Position numbers and translations under genes: made by a program. Shown piece by piece: positions 1 through 7,278 of a stretch of DNA of 33,196 bases (position 1 is the first letter of the stretch; every line of letters begins with the position of its first letter). Location of the stretch: IMG/VR virus record IMGVR_UViG_3300020045_002688, positions 1-33,196 of that record. One strand, 5' to 3'. The stretch is from a virus. Its lineage: Duplodnaviria; Caudoviricetes. Under the pieces are notes generated by a model that was not told the origin of the DNA, did not search any database, and saw only the letters and a program-made list of their open reading frames with translations.

Positions 1-33
1 GTGTCTGTTATGGGTTTGACTTTTATTTCCATG

Positions 34-162
34 TTACGCAAATGCTTCTTCTACTAAACTCATGATGAGTTGCAAGCGGTCTGTACCAAACAAGTCTGTG
101 CTTCCGTTGTGTCTTCGGAGCGAAGCCTTGTAGTAACCGTTGCTTATTTCTGTGATTGTCAT
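34..162 (-). CDS. small early protein, 42 aa (MTITEISNGYYKASLRRHNG...)
   Basis: Hand-translated ORF downstream of TTGACC-16nt-TATACT; another ATG follows at 32 and runs off the window. Confidence 0.6.
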   Translation of the reverse strand: MTITEISNGYYKASLRRHNGSTDLFGTDRLQLIMSLVEEAFA

Positions 163-190
163 ACTTTCTTATTACTCTTGTAATGTACTT

Positions 191-218
191 AGTATACATG
201 GTGTAGGGATGTGGTCAA
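191..218 (-). promoter_or_regulatory. sigma70-type leftward early promoter
   Basis: TTGACC-N16-TATACT on the minus strand, with DnaA-box-like TTATATACA just upstream. Confidence 0.6.
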
Positions 219-246
219 GGGAGTTATATACAGGGTTGGGGAAAAC

Positions 247-270
247 AAAAAACTGCCAATTAAGGCAGTC
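247..270 (-). terminator. intrinsic terminator
   Basis: GACTGCC-TTAATT-GGCAGTT followed by a T run on the minus strand. Confidence 0.75.
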
Positions 271-281
271 GATTTCTATTC

Positions 282-343
282 TTTTCTCCCAGCACGAAGA
301 GCTTAAGATTCGTGTCGTCAAAACGATTTACTGGGCGAGAAAA
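282..343 (-). ncRNA. structured RNA element (three-way junction), function unknown
   Basis: TTTTCTC(G)CCCAGT/GCTGGGAGAAAA closing stem with two internal hairpins; G-U pair favours the minus strand. Confidence 0.45.
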
Positions 344-350
344 ATACAAA

Positions 351-407
351 TTAAAACTTACAGAACACAATAAAACTTATTAAAAGTAACATAAATATAT
401 AAAACAT
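351..407 (-). CDS. candidate 18-aa hydrophobic peptide MFYIFMLLLISFIVFCKF
   Basis: ATG 7 nt after TGATATAAC (415-423); could be an artefact of T-rich DNA. Confidence 0.3.
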   Translation of the reverse strand: MFYIFMLLLISFIVFCKF

Positions 408-424
408 AAAAACAGTTATATCAC

Positions 425-1498
425 TCATAATAAAATACGTTCAAATATATTTTTAATAACATTTACCGTGACTGCGTTTCCCAAACACTTATACCGCTGG
501 GTGTCGCTTACTCCTTCAGTCCAGCCATCAGGAAAGCCTTGGAGTCGTTCGCATTCAGTTGGTGTCAATTGTCTAATTGAATTTTGCGTCGACGTCATTG
601 GTCTATGGCTCGTACCCAAAGCATGGCTTTTACCAGTCGGGTATGTAACGTGCGTACCTTGAATAGAGCTTTTCTTTCTATCGTTTCGATAAGCATGAAA
701 ACCGTCGATCGTTTCTCTTATGTAATTCCCCGACCAGTTTGCGAACATTCTTGCCGTGAGTGTACCTGCGAGAACTTCTTTTTTAGACGCTTCGGGTTGG
801 TTACTACTTTTAACTGTTTGTCCGAAAGGAAATACTTCGGGTGCGGGTTTTCCTCTAAGATGTCCGATAATGAACACTCGCTCCCTATTCTGGGGGACTC
901 CGTGATTCTTGCTGTTAAGCACTTGCCATTGACAGTCATACCCCAGCTCATCAAGCGTTTGGATGATGGTTGCAAAAGATTTTCCACCATCGTGGCTGAG
1001 AAGTCCTTTAACATTTTCAAAGACAAATAGTCTAGGTTGTTTTGCTCGCAGTATTCTCGCAAGTTCAAAGAACATTGTCCCTCTGGTGTCTTCAAAACCG
1101 CCTCGTTTTCCTGCGATACTAAATGCTTGGCAAGGGAATCCGCCAACGAGTAAGTCGAAGTCGGGTAAGTCTTCGACAACGATTTTTGTGATGTCTCCAT
1201 AGTTGTGATGGGTTGGGAAATGTTTTTGATAAATGGCTGAGGCGTATTTGTCGATTTCGGAGTAACCAATACATAGTGGTCTTTCGTTAGTGATGTTTGC
1301 AAAGCATTCACTAATTGGTCTTTCCGTGGTTGTAATACCTTCCCTCTGCGTGGGCTGTAATCTCGTTCTTTTGTCTGTCGTCTTATAGATTTTGCCTCCT
1401 CCGACCGGACTTCCGTCAGCATCACAAAGTGATTCATACGCTAATTGTATACCTAATTCAAAACCTCCTATTCCGCTAAATGTTGACAAATACTTCAT
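425..1498 (-). CDS. dcm: DNA (cytosine-5) methyltransferase
   Basis: Motifs I FSGIGG, IV GFPCQ, VI ENV, VIII QNRERVF, IX RQLTPTECERLQGFPD, X GNAV. Confidence 0.95.
   Translation of the reverse strand: MKYLSTFSGIGGFELGIQLAYESLCDADGSPVGGGKIYKTTDKRTRLQPTQREGITTTERPISECFANITNERPLCIGYSEIDKYASAIYQKHFPTHHNYGDITKIVVEDLPDFDLLVGGFPCQAFSIAGKRGGFEDTRGTMFFELARILRAKQPRLFVFENVKGLLSHDGGKSFATIIQTLDELGYDCQWQVLNSKNHGVPQNRERVFIIGHLRGKPAPEVFPFGQTVKSSNQPEASKKEVLAGTLTARMFANWSGNYIRETIDGFHAYRNDRKKSSIQGTHVTYPTGKSHALGTSHRPMTSTQNSIRQLTPTECERLQGFPDGWTEGVSDTQRYKCLGNAVTVNVIKNIFERILL
718..1437 (-). CDS. nested alternative-frame methyltransferase-associated polypeptide (EcoHK31I beta-like)
   Basis: 239 stop-free codons in the +1 frame inside dcm; WGMTVNGKCLTARITESPRIGSECSLSDILE...KYFLS. 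Confidence 0.65.
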   Translation of the reverse strand: MNHFVMLTEVRSEEAKSIRRQTKERDYSPRRGKVLQPRKDQLVNALQTSLTKDHYVLVTPKSTNTPQPFIKNISQPITTMETSQKSLSKTYPTSTYSLADSLAKHLVSQENEAVLKTPEGQCSLNLREYCEQNNLDYLSLKMLKDFSATMVENLLQPSSKRLMSWGMTVNGKCLTARITESPRIGSECSLSDILEENPHPKYFLSDKQLKVVTNPKRLKKKFSQVHSRQECSQTGRGIT

Positions 1499-1504
1499 GG
1501 ATTT

Positions 1505-1586
1505 AATATATCACAGTAATCGAAAGATGAGTTGCACTTATCCACATAGTTGTGATATGTTTCCCGGTCGTCGGGCATGGTATAAT
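1505..1586. promoter_or_regulatory. divergent promoter region with DnaA box
   Basis: Minus TGATATATT (1505-1513) 6 nt before the dcm ATG; TTATCCACA 1538-1546; plus TGGTATAAT 1578-1586. Confidence 0.75.
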
Positions 1587-1592
1587 AGTAAG

Positions 1593-1745
1593 CGTAGTAG
1601 ATGAGTTGTAACGCGCTCTCCACTATGTTATATTAGCCGCCGCTATAAAATCTAAGTCCATGTAGGATGGAAAGGAAGGGGAGAAACCCCATACTCGACA
1701 GCGGCCGAGTACGTTACTTCCTTTCCGCCCTGTGTGGATTTTTAT
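1593..1745 (+). promoter_or_regulatory. structured 5' leader of the replication initiator
   Basis: Long stem 1654-1678/1717-1741 enclosing two hairpins, ending in a T-rich run. Confidence 0.55.
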
Positions 1746-1750
1746 TATCC

Positions 1751-2548
1751 ATGAAAGGATTTGGAATCTATGTCCAAAATGACCTCCTAGAACCAAAGCA
1801 CCATCGGAGCATGGGAAGTGCTATCTGGCTTTACTTGTGGTGTCTCGATAAGATGACATCTATCAGTGAGGATGGAATTGGTAAGGTACTGGGAGGGCGA
1901 CCAATCAAGCTTGAAGACATCGAAGGTGACCTCGACATCTCGGCACGAACGTATACACGTTATCTAAAAACTTTAGAAGAAAGTGGGTATATTCATGCTA
2001 CCAGAACACCTTATGGTTATGTTATAAAAGTAACTAAAGCCAAGAAACAATTTGGAAAGAGATACGCCAAAAATGACGAGAGATACGCCAAAAATGTCCG
2101 AGAGATACGCCAAAATGGCCGAAACAAAGAAGACAGTACAAAGACAATACAAAAGACTACTACCGAGCCAAGCTCGGAGGAATTAAAAGCTAAACAAGAA
2201 GAAGCTATGTGGAATAAGTACGCAGATGACTTTGAGGAGGAGTTACAAATTGACCCAGAGTTCAAACCGAAGAAACCAACTAAGGAGAAAAAAGTGTCAG
2301 ACGACATTCAGTCCGTCTTTGAACTGTTCTCGAATCCTGCCAAGGTGACATGGAGACTTCGCGAGATTGAACGAGTGGCAGCTCAAGCTCTCTTCGATAC
2401 CTACGGACTTGAAACGCTAAAGAAGAGAATCACCCGAATTGAATCCGAAAAGAAGAAGAATGCTACTGACCCATTCTTTCCCCTTGTTACTACCCCCAGC
2501 CAACTACTAGACAAAATGGAGGCTGTAGAGAGATACTTAAACATATGA
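1751..2548 (+). CDS. replication initiator (N-terminal winged HTH, lambda O-like organisation)
   Basis: AIWLYLW...LDISARTYTRYLKTLEESGYI HTH, internal iterons, helicase next; start moved from 1667 to 1751 because the upstream part is the structured leader. Confidence 0.8.
   Translation: MKGFGIYVQNDLLEPKHHRSMGSAIWLYLWCLDKMTSISEDGIGKVLGGRPIKLEDIEGDLDISARTYTRYLKTLEESGYIHATRTPYGYVIKVTKAKKQFGKRYAKNDERYAKNVREIRQNGRNKEDSTKTIQKTTTEPSSEELKAKQEEAMWNKYADDFEEELQIDPEFKPKKPTKEKKVSDDIQSVFELFSNPAKVTWRLREIERVAAQALFDTYGLETLKKRITRIESEKKKNATDPFFPLVTTPSQLLDKMEAVERYLNI
2058..2117 (+). repeat. three iterons AGAGATACGCCAAAA(A)TG, probable replication origin
   Basis: Copies start at 2058, 2079 and 2101 (21-22 nt period), followed by an A-rich stretch. 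Confidence 0.85.
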
Positions 2549-3387
2549 GTGAATTAGATAATCAAATTGCAGACGCAATCGACGAGCTGGAATCTCTAGC
2601 TGAGGTGAACATTGTAAAAATCTCAGAAGGTGCAGAATTAATGGCGCAAGATACATCAGCGAAGATTGAATCTGGTTTCAAACACATCGACGACTGTATT
2701 GCAGGAGGATTTCGTGAAGGTGACTTCAATGTTATCTCCGGTATTCCAGGAGAAGGTAAGACTACATTCTGTCGAATGCTAACTATGAACTTCCATGAGA
2801 AAAATATTCCTTCGCTTTGGTTCTCTTACGAGATGACACTTCGTGAGTTGTGGGACTCATTTGAAAACATGGGAGCGTCAAAAGAGATGGTGGGATTTGC
2901 ACCACAAGAATTAAACGACGACCTTGAGTGGGTATTTCGACACATCGACAAGGCAATCCGTGAACGACAAGTCAAGGCAATCTTTATCGACACCCTTGGC
3001 GATATAGTGAAGAGCGTGAAGTCTCAACAAGAGATGAATAACTACGCAAACTATCTCTCTCAGATTTGCAAGGACTTACGTCGCTACGCAATCAAAAACA
3101 ACATCATGATTTTTGTCATTGCTCACGCAGTAAAGAATACTCGAAGTAAATCAAACGAAACTGATAATGCAGACATCGCCAACTCAAACGGAATCCCAGC
3201 CGCAGCGACCAACATCTTCCATGTTTGGCGAGAAGAGACAGAAACCGAAAGCTCTACGATTGTGAAGGTTGGAAAGTCACGTCGAGACGGTACGAAGAAA
3301 AACTGGCGAGTGAAGTTTCAGTACAAAGACGGGGTACTCATTGAAAAGACATCAGCAAGTGACGTAGATAAAGATAAGTTATGGTAA
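2545..3387 (+). CDS. DnaB/RecA-family replicative helicase (ATPase domain only)
   Basis: SGFKHIDDCIAGGF, Walker A GIPGEGKTT, FSYEM, Walker B IFIDTL, KSRR finger. Confidence 0.9.
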   Translation: MSELDNQIADAIDELESLAEVNIVKISEGAELMAQDTSAKIESGFKHIDDCIAGGFREGDFNVISGIPGEGKTTFCRMLTMNFHEKNIPSLWFSYEMTLRELWDSFENMGASKEMVGFAPQELNDDLEWVFRHIDKAIRERQVKAIFIDTLGDIVKSVKSQQEMNNYANYLSQICKDLRRYAIKNNIMIFVIAHAVKNTRSKSNETDNADIANSNGIPAAATNIFHVWREETETESSTIVKVGKSRRDGTKKNWRVKFQYKDGVLIEKTSASDVDKDKLW

Positions 3388-3923
3388 CAGAACAAGCTAA
3401 ATGGATTCTATCCAACACCAAAGTTGACCCACTCAAGGTAGCTAACACATGGGATATAGAAGAGCGCGAATGCTGGGAGTATATTATCGACCTACATAGA
3501 GAACTAAACATCGCCGCCAAAGCACGTGATGAATCAACAGTAAGAGCAGAATCGAGAGACTGGGCTAATTCTATTCCTGAAGCCTACGAGACTAAGCGGC
3601 TCATCCTCTTAGAAAGATTAAAAAACGCAGCAACAGAAACGGAGAAGCAAGAACGCCTTACTCACTACAAGTTATTTACCAACCGACTTCAAAGCCTATC
3701 GCCTGAACAGATTGAGAGAGCAAGAAACTACCCGCTAAAAGACCTGCTCCACACAAACAAAAGCATTACCAAATGTCCTTTCCACGACGACCGCACAGCG
3801 TCACTAAATATAAAAAACAATTTCTACCATTGCCACGGATGTAACGTAAGTGGAGACACGATAGACTTCCTTATGAAACTGGACGGCCTCACGTTCAAAG
3901 AAGCTGTCTTGAAACTCACATGA
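3381..3923 (+). CDS. CHC2 zinc-finger (primase zinc-binding domain) protein
   Basis: CPFHDDRTASL...YHCHGC...GDTIDF; no TOPRIM domain. Confidence 0.9.
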   Translation: MVTEQAKWILSNTKVDPLKVANTWDIEERECWEYIIDLHRELNIAAKARDESTVRAESRDWANSIPEAYETKRLILLERLKNAATETEKQERLTHYKLFTNRLQSLSPEQIERARNYPLKDLLHTNKSITKCPFHDDRTASLNIKNNFYHCHGCNVSGDTIDFLMKLDGLTFKEAVLKLT

Positions 3924-4114
3924 AATACTATGTCACAATCAAACACCCAATCAGAGGAGATAACATTCACGCAATACCAACTGGCAAGATTAGACAAGGA
4001 CAGTCCGAGGTATCAGAAGTTGAAATTGAAGTTAGAATCATTACTCCAGGAGCAAACCTCACAAGCCTCTGGATAACCAAAAACGATATACACACCCCAC
4101 CCCTAGACACCTAA
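3920..4114 (+). CDS. hypothetical protein
   Basis: ATGA overlap with the upstream gene. Confidence 0.6.
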   Translation: MKYYVTIKHPIRGDNIHAIPTGKIRQGQSEVSEVEIEVRIITPGANLTSLWITKNDIHTPPLDT

Positions 4115-4140
4115 CCACTTATAAGATTAAGTAAAGAGAT

Positions 4141-4296
4141 ATGGAAAAAGAAATTGAGCTAAATATGGGAACTCAACCAATAAAAATGCGATACATGATT
4201 ATTGGCGGTCAGATGATAGATTTAGAGAAACCTTGTGAGGGAGAAGATTGTGTGACCATGGACTGGAAAGCAGATGGTACACTTGAAATCTCGTAA
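4141..4296 (+). CDS. hypothetical protein, 51 aa (MEKEIELNMGTQ...)
   Basis: Hand-translated ORF filling the gap. Confidence 0.55.
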   Translation: MEKEIELNMGTQPIKMRYMIIGGQMIDLEKPCEGEDCVTMDWKADGTLEIS

Positions 4297-4319
4297 GGCC
4301 ATCATGCTACAATAAAGAC

Positions 4320-4547
4320 ATGAAACTAGTACAAGTAACATGGTTGGACGCTATCGGTGGAGACGGCTGGTTATCTCTTGAAGAACTACGCCAAGAGAAG
4401 CCGCACACTCACCACTCAGTTGGATTCCTCGCTCACGAAACAGACGAGTGTTACACCATCTCCATGAGCTACGATGAAGAAGAACAAAATATGGGAGGCT
4501 GGCTCTGCATCCCCAAACCTTACGTCACTAAAATATTATGGCTCTAA
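4320..4547 (+). CDS. small conserved phage protein, leaderless
   Basis: LVQVTWLDA...SVGFL...IP pattern; TGCTACAAT ends 6 nt before ATG. Confidence 0.75.
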   Translation: MKLVQVTWLDAIGGDGWLSLEELRQEKPHTHHSVGFLAHETDECYTISMSYDEEEQNMGGWLCIPKPYVTKILWL

Positions 4548-5059
4548 AGAGAACAGGTTTCAAACCCAAGACACTAGACGAGGTCAAGGCTAAACAGGCT
4601 GCCAAGAGGCTAAAATCGCCTTCTAAGCGTGTTAAAGCAAAAAAACGACCATCGGTACGTCTCCTCAAAGATAAGCTGTGGAATGAGGTAAAACGAATAA
4701 CTCGAACCAGACACCCAAACAACTGCTACACATGCAACGCCCAGAACCTGGAAGGAAGCAATTTACAAAGCGGTCATGGCAAGCCTATGGGAGCGCTCCC
4801 GCTTAGATTCAAATACGACATCCGCAACATCCGACCTCAGTGCATGGTCTGCAATATCCACCGAGGCGGAATGACTGACATCTTTCTGGCACGATTAGAA
4901 CAAGAAGAAGAAGGACTCCAGTTCCTTAACGAAGCCTGCTACTTAGATGTGGATAGTAACGCTTGGAGAATCAGACAAGATATACCACAATTAGGCGGAA
5001 GAGATGCAACCATCTTTATCGAAAACTTACTAGAGCAGTATAAGAAATCGTATCTATGA
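4538..5059 (+). CDS. ninG: NinG/Rap-like endonuclease
   Basis: Basic N-terminus, CYTC...SGH...NIRPQCMVCN. Confidence 0.75.
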   Translation: MALKRTGFKPKTLDEVKAKQAAKRLKSPSKRVKAKKRPSVRLLKDKLWNEVKRITRTRHPNNCYTCNAQNLEGSNLQSGHGKPMGALPLRFKYDIRNIRPQCMVCNIHRGGMTDIFLARLEQEEEGLQFLNEACYLDVDSNAWRIRQDIPQLGGRDATIFIENLLEQYKKSYL

Positions 5060-5325
5060 TTATAAACATCACACCCAAACTATTCCTCGACCTCTCAACC
5101 GAATGGTCACAGCTCTTTGGAAAGTACAACTGGTATTCTTTTACCTTAATAAGCATCTACTTTGAGAATGACAAGTGGATAGGTAGTATAGAATTTGTAG
5201 CTACACTTCTAGGCTTTACACTGCGAATCAGATACAACCCAGACGAAGCACTGGCGCAGTTTGAAGAGTGGGAAAAAGAGGACGGAGAGCACATGACATT
5301 AGAAGAGTTTAAGAAAAGTCTATGA
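5056..5325 (+). CDS. hypothetical protein
   Basis: ATGA-coupled ORF. Confidence 0.65.
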   Translation: MIINITPKLFLDLSTEWSQLFGKYNWYSFTLISIYFENDKWIGSIEFVATLLGFTLRIRYNPDEALAQFEEWEKEDGEHMTLEEFKKSL

Positions 5326-5378
5326 TAGTTGGGCTAATTGGGTTTAAACAAGTCGGCAAGAGTACTGCTGCAAAATAA
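5322..5378 (+). pseudogene. orphaned 5' end of dNMP kinase (MIVGLIGFKQVGKSTAAK*)
   Basis: Paralogous to the first 18 aa of the ORF at 5544, including Walker A. Confidence 0.85.
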
Positions 5379-5535
5379 CAAAAACAGTAATCGCATATTT
5401 ACCATAAAAGGATTAACCAAAACTATGGCCGACTGGTGTGAAGAATATAACGTCAACTACAAGTTAGTTGAATGTAGAGTAAACAAATACAAATGGGACA
5501 TTGAGAAAGCATTAACAACACCAAAATTACAATAA
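5368..5535 (+). pseudogene. C-terminal remnant of an HNH homing endonuclease (DNA-binding HTH)
   Basis: QNNKNSNRIFTIKGLTKTMADWCEEY...WDIEKALTTP; catalytic part absent. Confidence 0.75.
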
Positions 5536-5543
5536 TAAATTAT

Positions 5544-6068
5544 ATGATAGTAGGATTTATCGGTTTTCAAAGGGTCGGGAAAACAACAGCTAGCAATTAT
5601 TTAATTGAAAAGTATGGCTTTGTGCGTCACAACATGAAGGATGCACTTGTGGCTGAGATTAAACAGAACTTTCCTGACTTGCTGCAACAGTTAGCCAATG
5701 AAGAAAACATAACCATTGACCAACTATTCGAAATGAAGCCACCCCTCATGCGAGCCTTACTCCAAAACTACGGTACAGAGGTACGACGAAGGGACAACGA
5801 TAATTATTGGGTTGAACAGTGGGCAAAAAAACTAACAACTAAAGACACTGTCGTGGACGATGTGCGCTTCTTGAATGAAGCACAAATGGTAAGGAACTAC
5901 CACGGCATCCTAATACGCCTAACCCGCCCAGACATCACAACAGGTGGAGAACACAAGAGCGAAACAGAACAGCTAGAGATAGAGGCAGACTACACTATCG
6001 AGTGTAAACCTGGGGAACACGAAGCATTATATAAACAACTGGACGAGATAGTGAACAGCGTGGTATAA
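5544..6068 (+). CDS. deoxynucleoside monophosphate kinase (T4 gp1-like)
   Basis: GFQRVGKTT, RALLQNYGTEVRR, DDVRFLNE, HKSE. Confidence 0.9.
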   Translation: MIVGFIGFQRVGKTTASNYLIEKYGFVRHNMKDALVAEIKQNFPDLLQQLANEENITIDQLFEMKPPLMRALLQNYGTEVRRRDNDNYWVEQWAKKLTTKDTVVDDVRFLNEAQMVRNYHGILIRLTRPDITTGGEHKSETEQLEIEADYTIECKPGEHEALYKQLDEIVNSVV

Positions 6069-6073
6069 TAGCG

Positions 6074-6263
6074 GCAGACTTACCTCCAGTTCTTAAAAGG
6101 TTCCACTTTCTTGATAACAGCCCCTTTAGCTATTCGCAAGATAGAGAGAGTGGTCAATACCAGCAAAGGCTTTAAGCTCCTGTAGTTTTGTTTCATACTT
6201 TCTTATATCCCACCCCAACCTTTTGAAACTACTGCGAGCCTACACATCTTCGAAGGTGTGGCT
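6074..6263 (+). ncRNA. candidate structured sRNA of about 190 nt
   Basis: TGGTATAAT 6061-6069; stems 6088-6102/6217-6230 and 6103-6111/6145-6153; hairpin 6237-6263; G-U pairs all favour the plus strand. Confidence 0.6.
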
Positions 6264-6288
6264 GGTACAATATAAATAATTTCAAAAA

Positions 6289-7278
6289 ATGAAAAGAATA
6301 CTAATAACAGGCGGAGCAGGATTTGTTGGACACCACTTTGTAGAATCTTTTATTAAGAACACCGATTACCATATTGTCATTCTCGACCGCCTTAACTATT
6401 CTGGCTCAGTAGATAGGTTGCGAGACATCAAAGCTTTTGACGAAAACCGTGTTACTCTCTTGACCGCGGACTTTACTCTCCCTGTTGAAGAGAATCTTGC
6501 TAAAGAAATTGGAAATGTGGACTATGTCTTGCACATTGGCGCTGAAAGCCACGTCGATAACTCAATTACTGACCCGCTCAAGTTTGTCCGAGCAAACGTA
6601 GAAGGTACAGCACACATGCTTAACTTTGCACGCACTATAACTAACCTCAAGTGCTTTTACTACTTTTCAACAGACGAAGTATTCGGCTCTAAAGATGAAG
6701 GCTTTTCAGAAGTCGGAGACCCACACTATCCATCAAACCCATACGCTGCCTCAAAGTCTGGTGGCGAAATGCTTATTCATGCTTACCGCAGAACTTATGG
6801 ACTACCTTGTGTGATTACGCGGTCAATGAATATTATCGGAGAGCGACAGCATCCAGAAAAGTATATACCTCTTGTGGTTCGTAAGGTAATAAACGGAGAG
6901 ACTGTTACCATCCACTCACATCCAGATAAAACAAAAGCTGGCTCTCGTTTTTACATCCATGCTCGCAACGTCGCAGATGGGTATCTACACCTGATTAAAA
7001 ATCAAATCCATGACGGTGAGTATCACATCACTGGAGAACAAGAAGTGGACAACTTTGAACTTGCCCAGATGATTGCAGAGATAATTGGCAAGCCACTGCA
7101 CTATGAGATGGTGGACTTCCATTCTAGTAGACCTGGACACGACCTACGCTATGCCTTGTCTCCAAAGAGTATGACCGATGTGGGGTGGACTACTCCGCTG
7201 ACCTTCAAAGAATCACTAGAGCGAACTATCAAATGGACACTAGAGCGACCAGAGTGGTATGAGAATCCTACTAGCTAA
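6289..7278 (+). CDS. rmlB: dTDP-glucose 4,6-dehydratase-like NAD-dependent epimerase/dehydratase
   Basis: GGAGFVG, AESHVDNS, STDEV, YAASK, RPGHDLRY. Confidence 0.9.
   Translation: MKRILITGGAGFVGHHFVESFIKNTDYHIVILDRLNYSGSVDRLRDIKAFDENRVTLLTADFTLPVEENLAKEIGNVDYVLHIGAESHVDNSITDPLKFVRANVEGTAHMLNFARTITNLKCFYYFSTDEVFGSKDEGFSEVGDPHYPSNPYAASKSGGEMLIHAYRRTYGLPCVITRSMNIIGERQHPEKYIPLVVRKVINGETVTIHSHPDKTKAGSRFYIHARNVADGYLHLIKNQIHDGEYHITGEQEVDNFELAQMIAEIIGKPLHYEMVDFHSSRPGHDLRYALSPKSMTDVGWTTPLTFKESLERTIKWTLERPEWYENPTS

Noticed and set aside
282-343. Hammerhead or twister ribozyme
   Set aside because: No CUGANGA/GAAA core or twister consensus on either strand
1667-1750. N-terminal extension of the replication initiator in the ORF track
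   Set aside because: Falls within the base-paired leader; ATG 1751 has the genome's usual AT-rich context
2058-2117. Direct repeats as a mini CRISPR array
   Set aside because: Spacers are only 3-4 nt, repeats lie in a coding gene, no cas genes; they fit iterons
5338-5535. 65-aa ORF as an intact gene, or the insert as a group I intron
   Set aside because: TTG start lies out of frame within the orphan kinase fragment; insert is short, shows no intron core, and the downstream kinase has its own full start
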